Assembly: GCA_028534125.1 (NCBI GenBank)
Contig: CM052817.1
Coordinates: 97,032,001 to 97,096,000 of the forward strand
From: Lama glama
Taxonomy: Eukaryota
Direction of reading: 5' to 3'
Length of the DNA stretch: 64,000 nt
Shown here: piece after piece, positions 36,973 through 50,117 of the stretch
Numbering within the stretch: the first letter of the stretch is position 1
How the letters are laid out: every line of letters begins with the position of its first letter
Made by a program: the position numbers and the translations under genes
Notes under the pieces: model-generated
Told to the model about the DNA's origin: nothing
The model's database searches: none
The model's input: the letters and a program-made list of their open reading frames with translations, nothing else

Positions 36973-37362
36973 TGTCTACCGTTTACTATAGTCCTCAGGA
37001 CCCTAAGAAAAGGTAACATTTTTAGTATATGCAGATAACATGTATAATATATGACGCATATATAATACATAACATAATGATGTATACTGGCCTGCATGGG
37101 ACTGTTAGCAGTTTATGTACTTTTGGCATCAGAACAAACCCATGTCACTGCAGTATTAGCATTGATTACAGATCATACTCTTCCTGTCCTTAGAGTTGTT
37201 TGTTCATGAAGTTACAGCACACACGAGAGTCTGATCAACTGATCTTTCATCCGTTTACCAAGGATTTGTTAATGATGTGTACCAGCTCTTAACAGATGCA
37301 GGCCATCTGACCACCACTAGGAAAGTAGTTCTGATGTTCCCAGGCAGAAGGACTTCTGAAAG

Positions 37363-37534
37363 TAGTGGCTCTCAGACAGGGCTGTGCAGTGAAATCCCCT
37401 GGGATCGATCGTTAAGCAGGGCTGATGCCTAACTCCCACCCCCAGCCAGTCGGATGTCATTGCTGGTGGGCGTGAGCTAGGAAGCCAGATTTTCAGTGCT
37501 CCCCAGGTGATCATGTAGTAAAGTTTAGGCACTG
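37363..37534 (+). mobile_element. MER5A/B-like hAT DNA transposon remnant
   Basis: tagtggctctcag..aaatcccctggga..gctccccaggtgatc..aagtttaggcactg. Confidence 0.65.
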
Positions 37535-40500
37535 CCGTCCTCATGGAAGAGTTTCTAGTGGATTGGAGCGATGGGACACATGATTGTTATCTTTATGTTT
37601 ATAGTGTCCGGCTACGTGGGGGAACTTTTAACTTCTTTTTAAAAGTAGCCCAGCCTAAACCCAAACAAAACAAAACTTCTGAAGAAAATAGCACGGTGTT
37701 CTTTTCCTTCCCTCAGTAACAGGTGGCTTAGCATTGTTAAACCCTAGTTCTGATCTGAAGCCAGTCAACCAGTGTTTACTGAGTAATCACAGAGTGCCGG
37801 TGACCTTGCTCTGGGCCTTTGGGATACACATGAAAGTCTGGTTACCTATTATGCTTGATCCATTCATGGTAGACAAAATACAGATACTGTAAGTGAGTGG
37901 AGTATACCAGGTACTGAAAAGTGCTACAGGTTTGCATGGATCGAGAGAATTGTTTTTTTCTTTCCCTCAAAGTTTAGTAGCATAATAAGATATTTAGGCA
38001 AATAATGCTTATTTTTTTAACATATATAGTATGCCTTAACAGTGAGATTTTAATTCTCTTGAGGCCAGAGATTATTCTACTTTTTTTCTTTTTTTTTGAT
38101 GAGAACCAGCTGAGTGATGCTATAACTTTTTTTTTAAATTGAAGTATAGTCGGTTACGATGAATCACTGAGTCCTTGCTCTTTACTAAGGACTGTGTTTA
38201 GGACCAGCCTTCTTTGGATTTAAAGGATTAGAAAAGTACATTTTGGCCTTTAGAGAGACCTCAGCAAAGACATGGAGACAGAATGTGACAGAAACAAGCC
38301 AAAAAAAAAAAAAAAAAGGAAAGGAAAGGAAGCAGGAAGAAACAGAGTAAAAGGAAGGACTCGGGCACTTGCATTTAATTGGCAAGAAACTGGGTAAGTA
38401 CTAGAGGAAGGGAGGGCAGAGGAGCAGGCTTACAAAGGTAGATCTAGAAACTAGTATGGTACCCATGAGGAGGAGGATCTGGTGCCGAGAAGACCCAGAG
38501 TTCCATGGAGTGTTCCACAGGGGAGGTGGCTGATTCCGGACAGTTGGTTTGGCCATGGGGTCGGAGAGCATAGGTACCCCCAAGTCATCCAGCAGATGAA
38601 GAAGTCACTCCCAGCAGTTGGTTGTACATGCAGGATCAGAGTTCTGCAAGGAATTTCACCTTCAAGTTTTAGTTCAGGAAGCAGAGGATGTCAAGGAAAC
38701 TCAGAGGTCCCTGGCAGACCGGATGAAATGTATTAGGATCACTGGGGTGCTTCTTGAAAAGGCAGATTCCTGGGCTCAGTCAGCTTCATTGAATCAAAAT
38801 CATTGGTAGCTGGGCCTCTGCTGTAGACAGTGAGAGGCCCAATGGGAATAGTCAAGTGGAGACAGGAATTTTCTCATCTTCTATTTTTTAGAGGATAGAG
38901 GATGCTTTCCTGAAAAGTAGAGTTTACAGGGGCCCTCGGTCCTGGGTCTGTGTAGCTTTGGGGATTACGAGAGAGAGCATAAATGATGTAAGGTAGAATC
39001 TTTCTCCTAAAAAGTGGAGTTAAGAGGAGAAATCACAGAATGGCTCTAAGTGGCCAAGTCTCAGTGCATCTGAAGCCACGCACCATATTTAGATGCTTTG
39101 CCGGTGAATTCAAGGCAAATTCAAAAGTATTGATGGGACCTCTCGTTCACTCACCCTACCACCAGCTCCTCCTACCTACTCTGTCTGCATGATGCCTAGT
39201 TCCTGGGGCCCTATGGTAGTTTCCCCCTTTGTGGGAAAAGGCCCCGTTATTCTCAAGCAGGTTCACACAACCGCCCTTCCATGACTGTGCAGCCGCCATG
39301 CTCCGTGGCACTCTCATGACGGCGCCTGCCGTTCCGGGTGCCTCTGGAAGCTGACAGTGGGCTCAGTCTTCCCCTTTGGCCCTCCCGGGCCTCTGAAATA
39401 CCACAGACTCAAGGCTTCCCTGAGGACCCGGCACGTGGGCCGCCTTCCAGGGGGCGAGGGGATGTTGTCTAGGTGCACGTGTCCAGGGCGTCAGAAGTGA
39501 GGAGTTTTGGCAGGAGAGAGAGAGGATGTTGAAGTGAAGATGTTTGCATGTGCTGCATCTGGGACCTGACAGTCACGGGCGGGGTTGGAGGGGTGGCTGG
39601 CGGGGCGTGTGGGAGGGAGAGGGGGCACCTGGATTACTCTAGAAGGTCTACCTTTTTCTGGGTTCATAAGGAGTTGTCAGGTTTAAGCTCCGAAGTTTGG
39701 TAACCCTTTCTTACCCTTTCAAACTCTTAGTTTCTAAACGATTGCAAGTGGGAAGTTCGTTCACAACATCTACTGCCATCCATGTTTGTGAAGGTGAAAG
39801 AGCTAATTTTTGTAGCTGGTAGATTTCACTGCTCATTAAATGTATTTCTTTGTTTCCTCTTTCCATCCTTACCCTGAATTGTTTTAATTCTGAGATACCC
39901 ATGTTCTTAACCTGACAGTTATATTGCCTGGTGTTGTTCATTATACCTCACATATTTATTTTGTTTCTGGAACTTTACTTTTTCCTTGAAATAGAGAAAA
40001 TATCTTATTTATCCTTTGTTTGCCTCTTCTCATTTCTAAGTATAGTACGTTGCATACATAGCCCTCAGTATGCAATTGATTTGTGCTTGAGTGCTCGAGG
40101 ATTTAACTCAAATGCCACATTGTCAATATTATGTATTCCAATAATGTATAAAATTATTGGAAGAATTTATTCTTCTCTAGGTGGTTGGAATTATTACTTT
40201 AAAATAACATGTAGGATTGGTTTTCACTCCTTTATGAATTTGTTTGCATCTTTCTGAATTATGGGTAATATTTTAGACATAGATAGAAAGGTACATCATG
40301 CTACAGGTGAAAAAAAATCTTACGGTTGAAGAGCTTGGAGAATGATTTCCTTAAGTAACTCAAAGAACAGCCTCTCATGCCCAGTAGATTGTCTTTTTTT
40401 GGGAACTGGTGACTCCAAGTATTTCAGGTGCACTGTAAAATACGCAAAAACAAAGTAAGACTCTTTGCTTAAAAAACTTCTTTTAGTTGCTATTTTTAAA

Positions 40501-41419
40501 ATAGTTGCCGTGATTTAAAACTAAATATGTATGTCACTTTTGTTTATAAAGTTTCTCTTAAAAATATCTTCCATATGTGGATAATTTGAATATTCACTTT
40601 AATTTCTAGAGTGTGGCATTCAAACATCGGTCTAGGCAAGCTGTCAGTTATCAAATTCAGCTTTGTAACGAGCTGTGAATTCATGGGGTGGAGAAGTAGG
40701 AAGCCGCCTCTAAGATGTGACAGTCTTTGAATTGTCGCATGTGGAAGTGCATTTCTCTTTCTCTGAGAAGCGAAGTTTCAGGTTTTCCGAAAAGCATTCT
40801 CAGGTTGACTGGAGGATTTTTCTTCTTCCAGAGCACTTCAGGAGTTGCATGGGGGTTCAGGAAGGCCCTGGTAGGTGATGGTGGTGTCTGGTTTCAGTAT
40901 TAATCTTTGTGGGAGGGAAGATGCCTAAAGTGAACTTGCAACATATTTTACCATGATTGCGCATTAATCTTGAAGTGCCAGGGGCAAATTACGTGCAAAA
41001 CGAAGAAAATAAAGAACAGCTGTCCCCGAAAAATTTACAGCAAGTGAACTAGAGTTACTCGCTCACTGTCTCTTTTTTAATCACAATGGGTGTGAGATGA
41101 GTGTGGGTGGATACAGAGGACGGTCTTATGTGGGAGGGAGCTCAGGATGCTTGTGGTGTCTGCAGAAATGCAAATACTGAGCTGAAATGATAACTCCAGG
41201 CGAGCCGGGGCTGATCATTCATTTTCTCAATTAGTAATCTTATTTGTTTTAAGAACAATAAGCTCCCAAAGTTTTTAGCTTCCAAATGAATGGCTGAGTA
41301 AAGTTAATTCAGAACAAATGGTTAAACTCTCTTGCTACTAGTAGGCAGGCGAGGTTTTGTGTGTTGGTTCACGTTTGGATGGGGTGCATGGACATCTTAT
41401 TGTAAGGCTCTTTAGGGCG

Positions 41420-41640
41420 CTCTTAGCTTGGTGCTGGAGAACAGGAACCCCAAATCAGCCCTGATTAGAATCTCTCCACTTACTAGCTCTGCAGCCGTGC
41501 AAGTTAGGTAGATAACCTGTCTTGATTTTACCCTGTGTAATATGGGAGAACTGTAGCGACTTTTACGCAGGATGGTTGTGAGAATGAAAAGAGGATACTT
41601 GGGACATTGCTGTCTGTCAAGTGCTCAGTGTGAGTTGCTT
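41420..41640 (+). mobile_element. MIR SINE
   Basis: aatctctccacttactagctctg..tgtaatatggga..ggatggttgtgagaatgaaa. Confidence 0.6.
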
Positions 41641-42439
41641 ATTTGGAAGTAACTCTGTGAATTCAGGCCGATCATAATTAAACAGTCCCATTATTGATTT
41701 GAGGCTTTGGGAGCACCAAGGAACTTTGCTTTTGAAAAATAGTAATTTACATAGGGCAATAAATCATCTGAGTTCACTTTGTCAGAGCAATTTTATGTAG
41801 TGCTTGTGACAAGCAGCAAAATTTACTGGCTTGACTTTCAGCCTTCCTTCCCTCAGTGTCTTGTGGACACTTGAGCAGTTATACGGCCAGAGTGCAATGA
41901 GAAAACCAGAGAGGATTTGGAAGAAGCCAATGGCTTTAGGTTATCTCAATCTTAAAAAACAAAAAACGAAAAACAAACCAAAAAAACAACCACACCAAGG
42001 AGGAGATTTTCCAAGGCTGCCTAACACTGATTTGATGCTCTGAGGTGGAGAGGAGGCAGGTGGCAGCGGCGAGGCACCGTTAGACCTCTGCCAGCGTGCC
42101 CATCATAGAGGAGGGCTGAAAGGGAATCTTGCAAAGAGCAACGGCCAACTTTTGCCTTGAGTTTGAGTCTCTTTTATATAAGCAAAATTTTATAACTACT
42201 TAAACTTGAACCACACAAGTGATGAGTTTGAGAATAAAATGGTGCCTCTGACTTCGCTGCCCATCCGCTCCAGCTTACCTTAATCCTCGCTTGTTCCCAG
42301 GTGTGCACGTGTTAGATGGATCTTACTCAACACTTTTTTTGGTGTTTCTTAAAGGTAAAATTTGGGGGGGAAATGGTAGAGGGATGGTTCGTCTTCTTAA
42401 ATATTAACTTTAGTCTCAAGATAGTAAAGGCTCTGAGAT

Positions 42440-42790
42440 TCTGTGTTACTTTCGTGTAAACAAATTGCCCTGCATAGTTTCATGGGTGCTGGTAGAAGAC
42501 ACAAGACTTCTGGATCACAGATGAAGGACAATTTATTACTCTCAGTAGCCAGAGGATCACATTTTGTGTTGGTGCTCTGAGCCCTGGTTCCCAAGGGCAC
42601 TTGCAAAGATGGTCGGTCAGATGATATCTGTATACGCAATGGGTTGTGTTATACAGGAATAATTCTAAATGTAGGAAACTCAGCTCTCTTGGAATGACTG
42701 GCAGGCATGCCTACCATTTGTGCTAGACGGACACTGTTTTCCAAGGCTGCAAGCAAACCTGTTCTTTGCTCTGGAGGGAGGTGCTGGAAC
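42440..42790 (-). mobile_element. ERV1-type LTR remnant (MER89/MER90/MER110-like)
   Basis: gtttcatgggtgctggtagaagacacaagacttctgg..tttattactc..ccaaggctgcaagcaaacctg..tttgctctggagggag. Confidence 0.55.
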
Positions 42791-42849
42791 AGATGGTATT
42801 CACCCACCCTGGGGGGTTGCTGGCAGAGGTGAGTGGGTGGATGTGATGC

Positions 42850-43460
42850 GAGAAGGTGCTCTGTGAGCAGATGAGGCCTGAGTGTGGCTGATCGCAGGTG
42901 CTGTGCTGTGTATTTGCCTCAGTGCTGTAGGCACTGGTGAGACATTGACAGATGGGAGCAGGGGTGTATTCAGACCTTTGACAGGAAGTAGAGCTGATGG
43001 GGTGGGGGCGGGGCACAGAAGGAAAGATGACTGGTTGGATTTTAGAAATAATCTAGAAAAAAGATGATGGAGGCTTAAACTAGGGCATTGGCAATGAAAG
43101 AAAGGATGAATAGGAAGAGAGAATTGGCAGAAAAATAGAATCTGATGGATGTTGGATGTAAAAGGCAGTGAAAGGGAAAGTAAAAACCTGACCCTAAGCT
43201 TTCCAGCCATGATTGATGAAGATATCTTTAGCCAAGACAGAGAATGCAAGAGGAGCAGTAGAGTTGGGAAGAATAGAGATGGGTTTTCGATCTATCTCGA
43301 ATTCAAGGTACCTGTGACATTTCTGTCAGAAAGGGAAGGAAGCAGCCAGAGAGATGACGGGCCTCATTTTCAGAGAGTGAAGTTTGGAATGTAAAGGAAT
43401 CCAGTGGGAGATTCCAGGGAGGAGGATGTGGACAGTATCAAATGCTCTGGACGGTTCAGG
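42850..43460 (-). mobile_element. L2 LINE remnant
   Basis: gatgatggaggcttaaactaggg..tggatgttggatgtaaaagg..gacagtatcaaatgct. Confidence 0.55.
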
Positions 43461-43514
43461 CGGGAAGAAGACCAAGAAACTACCCCTGGGAAGGCAGGAA
43501 GTCAAGAAACGAGA

Positions 43515-43580
43515 GAAGAACGAAGTTGTGCGGGTTGTCCTTTGTATGAAGAACGAGGTTGTACAAGTTGTCCTTTGCAT
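43515..43580 (+). repeat. 33-bp tandem duplication (2 copies, 5 transitions)
   Basis: gaagaacgaagttgtgcgggttgtcctttgtat / gaagaacgaggttgtacaagttgtcctttgcat. Confidence 0.85.
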
Positions 43581-45414
43581 GTGTTGTTCTCACAAGAACC
43601 CTGTGATGCACGGGTATCTCTCCACTTTACACGTGCAGCTGACGTGAAGAGTCATCCGCTGACCCGAGTGAGTCTCAGGCTGGAGAGAAGCAGGCTCCAG
43701 CTCAAATCCAAGACTGCCTCTTCTCCTGTCCTTAACCACGGTGAACACACGGAGCTGGGGACTTTCAAGGCTGACCTGAAGATGTTGGAGGTGGATGAAC
43801 AAATAAAGAGGAGACAAATTGTTAAAGAACAGAGGAGTTTTGAAACTCCAGGTGATAGGAAAGGAAAGTGGGGAGGGAAGATTTGAGCATCGTTCTCTGA
43901 AGTGCCCCCCTAGAATTGGGATGAAGCCTTTCTGAAGTTACACCTGCCTTCCCTGCCTTCTCTCCACAGCAACCCCATCATGGACCTCGGAGGGTATACC
44001 ATCAACCCAAGAAAGATTTGTCCACTTTTCTGAAAAATCTCTGCAATGCCTTGGAAAGTCTCTTAGTGTCAGTGTGGAAGCTGCATCTGACAATGTTTAA
44101 ATCCTAATAAATATCATTTTAGGTTTTCCGAGGATTTCCTGTACTCCAGGTCACCCACCCCCTCTACCACTCTGTGGGTAGTTGAACGGACTTAGCTTCT
44201 TTACTAGGCTCAGGTGCATATGAGGAGACACGTAGAAAGTGGCAGGGCTGGAATTCCAATCCTGGTCTCCAGCTCTTAAGCAAGCATCATCTTGTGGCAG
44301 AAGAAGTCAAGTGAGGGGAAGAGTTGGCTGACAGTGCAACTTAGTGGTGAACGGGGAGCTGAGTTCCGCCTCGAGGCCCAGAGGCTGTGAGATGCTTCTT
44401 TCCCCAGCGTTCAGCCTATGAGGAAGGACTGAAGGGCACGTTGAAGGAGTCGCAGCTAGATGTGTTAGATCCTGGCACAGCTAGACCCAGACTCGACCTC
44501 TGGGAAGAGAGTGGGACCCTGAGCGGTCCTGAAGAGAGGGGGCACTCCCTGTTACCCTGGAGCTGCCTCCTCTAGGCATCCTGCCCGCGGGCTTGGGCGG
44601 TTGTACCAGGAATAGCAACAAGTCTAGGGGTTGTCTGGTCTGAACAAAAACGCTTTCTCTTGTGCTGGCTAGACACTGGAGCCGAGGCCAGCCACACAGA
44701 GTACTGGGAGCATTCTGCAGTCCATTCTGACCCGAATACAAAGGTAGCCCTTGATAAACCAAACACCCTTTGGGTTTGAGAGTTGGATTCGAGAGGATGA
44801 GACTTTGAGTCAGGGCTAGAGGTGTGTCCGAAGAGTCCTGAAATTGGCAGTCCGTCCGAAGATCCTGGCTTGGACCTGAAGTACTTTTTTTTTTTAATTA
44901 AATATTTGTCACTTCTGCTGGGATGGGAGGCAGGGGCGGAAGTGCACGGGACGGCCAGCCCCAGGGGTGCCGAGCTGGCGGATTCCTGAGCTCAGTCTTG
45001 GGTCAGTGTGAGTGTGAAATGAACATGTCAATGAGGTCACGAGCCCTCTCCTTGGAGCGCCTGCTGCCAGGGAGGCTCCTGCTCACAGCACAGAAGTGGA
45101 TTTACACGAGGAGACTTCGTAGGAAGGGAACGCTGCTCGGTTCCTGGCTGATCGGAGCGGTCTGCAGTGCTTTCTTACCTGCCACCAAATAATTAGCATC
45201 CAGGGGGAGAAATTCCAAATGTTTTTGGAGATCAGGAATTTTGTATTTTCCATGACTCATGCATATTCGATAAACTTGGACTGCCTTCCCAACATATGCT
45301 TTATTTTATGGAAGAGGGCTGTAGGCTACAGGCCTTGGTTAGGGTGACTTTTATATGTATTATGCCAAGCTATTTTGGTCTTAATTTTGAATATTATGCT
45401 ACAATTAGAAAGGT

Positions 45415-45590
45415 TTTCTTGAGCGCTTGTCACGTGAGGCTCATGCATATGCTTTATAAGCATTATCTCCTTTAATTTTCACAACAACCGCGTTCCATCA
45501 TTAACCTCATTTTTCAGACAAAGGTGAAACAGAGAAATAAAGTGATGTGCCAGGTCATACAACTGGGAGGTGGGAGGGCTGGAAGTTTCC
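45415..45590 (-). mobile_element. MIR SINE
   Basis: ttgagcgcttg..cattatctcctttaattttcacaacaacc..cattttt cagac..aagtgatgtgccaggtcatac. Confidence 0.65.
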
Positions 45591-48500
45591 AAGATATCAG
45601 TAACCTTAATTTGTAATAATTCATATCTTACAACTGTAACAAATTTCTGTTTCTAGGATATGCTTTTTTTTTAAATGAGGGGACCAAGAGCTTGAGAGGT
45701 TAAAATGTTACTCTATATCATTTTCAGCTTTGAGCTTCTCATTTTCATACAGGTATAGTTAATCTTCTAACTGTCCCAGTGCTTAGAACTTGTCTCTTAC
45801 CCTGCTTTTTGCAGTATTTAATACATTGTAAGTATTAAAAATAATGCATTCTTCTAAGGTTTTAGAATTCTGCAATTTTATACATGTAATTTCTTCAATT
45901 TATGATGTTGAATGGTATGTCCTTTTGATGGAAGAGTGACTTGTTCTTGGTTCTGTGTGCTTGTATTTAAAACTAATAGAAACATGTTTTTGACAGGACC
46001 TTAAAATATTATGCATTGCCCTGTATCTTGGACGGGTATCACTGTGTACGAACCTATTTATTTTTATGTAACTCAATGTAGTGGATAGCCTGGAAAGCAT
46101 TTCCTGTACTTACACAGACACTTAAACAACATATAAATACACGTAAGGGACGCATTATCAAGTTTTTATAATTCACCTATGAACTGAAACAATATTCATG
46201 AGCCTCTTCATTGCTTTGAGTAACCTTTATAGCATATCATTCTTAAGCCTCATCACCAGGTACTCCTTCACAAATTTTTCCTAATCATTTCACCTGTTAC
46301 GTGTTTCCTTTTCATTTGCAAGAATCTTTCAAGATTAGCAAGTATTTATAATTATATATGATACAATTACAAAACATTTAAAATTTTTTTATGTACACAT
46401 ACATGCATGGAAGTTTATGTTCGCTCATTTCATAGCCCATAGGGGAATCTGTCTTCGCAGTGCTGGTGCGATACGTAAACCTCTATTTGTATTCATGCAT
46501 GTTCATAATGACACGTTGCAGACTTGATGTCACTCCTGTGAATGCCTACAGGAACGTTAATGACCTTTCACCCCTGTTGTCAACACGTACAAATGTGAAT
46601 GAACATTGCACTCCATCTGTAAATACTGATCAAGGACCTCAGTTTGTGCCAAGCACTCTGCTGGTTACTAGATGAAAACTGGATGTCTGTAGTTTATAGA
46701 CCCACAAAATTTGATCATCGACTTCTGTAGAATCATACACCTGAAAAATTCTTTTTACTTGTGCCTGTTACCATCAAAAGTATTGACGTTTTCTAGTTAC
46801 AAATAATCTTTTCTGTCTCTTTATTTTCTTTCGTATCTCTTTACTAAGCAGCCATCAACTTAGCAGTCATTTATTCAGTTTATTGATATATTCAGCCTTA
46901 TTTATTAAATGTATATCATGTGCTTTCAGGCACAGAGTCTGCTTCTGAAACCAAAAATTTCTTTTTCTGAAGTAAAAACTTTATGGCTGGGTTGGCCTCG
47001 AGTTGCTCTCTCTTTTCATTTTAACTCTTCTTAATTTTACCCTCTGTCTTCCCTGGATTCCACATTAGTGTCTGGGATATAGTAAGTACTCAGTACTTTC
47101 TATGATGTTGACAGGAACTGAAATGTGTTATAATTCCTAGCCTGTTACCTTCTTGTTTCCTTCCTACTTCTCCTGCCTTTCATTGTCCGTTCCTCTTCTC
47201 CCTGTTTACGTTTCCTGTGTGCAGCTTTACTACCTGTCTTCTCTCTTCTGTTTCCTTGACTCTGAGAGCCACTTTGTGTTCTTGCTCACCACGTTCACTT
47301 GTCAGTTCAGCCTCCCCAGCCTTTGCCTCCCCCTCTGCTGTTTAACAGGCTCTACCAGCCCTTTAAAACGTTTTTAGCTTTTGCATGTCGTTCTTTTCTT
47401 GTCACAGAGCATCTCATTTCTCCTCGGATTCTCCAGCCCACCTGCCGGGGCCTCTGGGTATTCACCAGTGGTCCACGCGGGCGTTTCCCAGGGTGGAGCG
47501 GACGCTGGCTCTGGCAGCAGCATCTGGGTTCCGAGAGGGAAACAATGAGACAGATATGATGATGCAACCTGACTCATTGCTCCTTCCTGACCCTCTCCTC
47601 AAGGAAGACGTGGGTGGTGCTCTGTGACAGCACTGTATGAAACTGGGGGAGATGGGTGGTGGTGAGAAGGAAGACACATTTGATTTCACTGGAGCCACTT
47701 TGCCCAGGGTTGGCTGTCGTCAGCTGCTCATCACTGAGTGGAAAGCCCTTGCCTTTCTTTTTGTACCGACCAGAACCCATTTGATTTGTTAAAAAGGAGA
47801 AAAACTTGGGCATATAAACACTTTGACCAGATTATAGGTTTTTGTTAAAAATTAGAAAGTATTATAGTAATGATATCTGTCAGTGAGCTTTGATATGCTG
47901 GAAAAGTTTTAATACCTTGGATATTTAATTCTGTAAGTTTTTAGTTCCTACGTGAAATGTCTGTTTTGGCCCAAGTCCAATCTATATCTGTAGTCCTAAA
48001 GTTATTTCAAGTCAAATCATCTAGGTTTACCATTCTATGCAAGGCACTGTGAAAGGTATTAATAACAAACAATTTCTCCTCCCCCTTCACCTCACCCCCA
48101 AAACCAAGGTTAACCTAGTATCTTTCTGGATAATATCTCAGTATTTTGGGAGAGAAGGAAGAACGCTGGTCCCCAATTCTCTATCTGAAAATTCTGAGGT
48201 GGGTGTGTTTGAGAGCCTGTAATATGGGACATATACTATAGAGCACAGAGCAGCTCTAGATAAGTTTGGGGTGGAAATTACTTTGAACGTGGTGAAATAA
48301 GAATATTGACACTGAGTGGGGAAAAATACCTAAATAACCAGATGTCAGGTCAAGCATTCAGATTTTTGATTTTAGGGGTTGTGAATAAGAGATGGTGGGC
48401 TTGTTTTAAAAAATGTGATCAGGTGTTAAAAGGAGTGAAAAGTCATGTTCCGAAAGAAGGAGCATCACCGTGGGGTGGTGTCAGACAAGGTGGCATGTTT

Positions 48501-49157
48501 TTCCTTTTTTCTGGTTTTGAAGGTCTGGCTGGGACTTGATTTTGCTGACTGTTGAATCTTGGGCACCTGGAATAGCACCTGTCACATATTTGATGAGTAA
48601 ATATTTGGCAGATGAGTAATCAGTGGAGCGAAGGGGAAGGACCTTCCTGTCAGAGGAGACTTGTGCCTGAGGAGGCAATGAGTTTGGCCGTTGGTGGGTG
48701 ACAGTCAGGGGTCTGCTCTGATTTACAACGGATACTCTGCAGTGAATGCAGGAAGGTGAGCTGGGGCCTGTTCTGGAAGGTTGTGTGTTATGCCTTCCTT
48801 ACGAGCTCGTTCAGCTGAGGGCTTTGGACTTGACTGGATGACTTACTCTTCAGTGGGATGGAGGGGACCTGAGAGCATCAGAGTGGCTCAAAAAATAAAA
48901 AGGTGGAGAAAATGATGATGGTGTTCAGAATGGATTATGGTTGTGTGTGTGCATAAAGTTCAAGGCCGTGTTGAAGAAGCAGAGATTGATCTGAAGTGTG
49001 AAGAAAAGGTAGATGTTAATCGGTGGAGTTTGGAAAGTGACAGGAAGGAATCAAATAAAATTTCAAAATTCTGATACTTGGTGATAAGAAATAGTGATCC
49101 CTCTTTGGCTGAAAGAGGGAAATTGGGAAGGGAAGGTAGAGAAGATATGCCTTGACA

Positions 49158-49820
49158 GTAAGGTGATTCCTCAAAAAAACTAAAAACAGACTTACCATAT
49201 CATCCAGCAATTCCACTCCTGGGCGTGTATCTGGAGGGAACTGTAATTCAAAAAGATACATGCACTCCAGTGTTCAGAGCAGCACTGTTTACAGTAGCCA
49301 AGACATGGAAACAACCTAAATGTCCATCAACAGATGACTGGATAAAGAAGCTGTGGTATATTTATACAATGGGATACTACTCAGCCATAAAAATGAAGAA
49401 AATAGTGCCATTTGCAGCAACATGGATGGACCTGGAGAATGTCATTCTAATTGAAGTAAGCCAGAAAGAAAAAGAAAAATACTACATGATATCACTCATA
49501 TGTGGAATTAAAAAAAACAGACAAATGAATTTATTTACAAAACAGAAGCACTCACAGACATAACAGACATGGTTATTGGGGGCAGGGGGGTGGAGGGATA
49601 AATTAGGAGTCTGAGATTTGCAGATACTAACTGCTATATATAAAATAGATAACAAGTTTTGTTTATATAGCACAGGAAACTATATTCAGTATCTTGTAGT
49701 AATCTATATTGAAAAAATATGAAAAGGAATATATGTATGTTCACATATGACTGAAACATTACGCTGTACACCAGAAATTGACACAACATTGTAAACTGGC
49801 TATGCTACAATAAAAAAAAA
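49158..49820 (+). mobile_element. Relatively young L1 3' end (~660 bp) with open ORF2 C-terminal remnant
   Basis: ORF 49225-49563 (KDTCTPVFRAALFTVAKTWKQPKCPSTDDWIKKLWYIYTMGYYSAIK..FAATWMDLE) is the L1 ORF2 C-terminus. AATAAA plus poly(A) at about 49809. TSD aagatatgccttga / aagatacgctttga. Confidence 0.92.
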
Positions 49821-49996
49821 AGATACGCTTTGAAATCCTATGACTTGACATATTGATTGGTTTATATTCTTCAAATGTATTTGTATGACGTCTTTTATAC
49901 GATATGCATGTTCTTAGATATAAAGTATGTTCTGATTTTCTTAGTCTAGAGCTTCAAAGGACAGTGCAACAACCAAAAACCCTACATGACTCAAGT

Positions 49997-50117
49997 GGAG
50001 GAGGGTGCAGCTCAGTGGTAGGGCACATGCTTAGCATGCACGAGGTCCTCAGTTCAGTCCCCAGTACCTCCATTAAAACGAATAAACAAAAAAACCTCAC
50101 AGATTAAAACAAAAGAT
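49997..50117 (+). mobile_element. tRNA-derived camelid-type SINE (Vic-1-like) with TSD
   Basis: gcagctcagtggtagggcacatgcttagcatgcacgaggtcctcagttcagtcccc. TSD cctacatgact at 49981-49991 and 50118-50128. Confidence 0.9.

Noticed and set aside
43404..43886. 160-aa ORF with two CxxC motifs
   Set aside because: Built from L2 and MIR remnants plus a 33-bp duplication. No recognisable domain or splice support.
45740..45760. Recursive splice site (catacAG|GTatag)
   Set aside because: Poor donor, only an 18-kb intron, and such motifs are frequent by chance.
49225..49563. 112-aa ORF as a host gene
   Set aside because: It is the C-terminus of L1 ORF2 in a 5'-truncated element.
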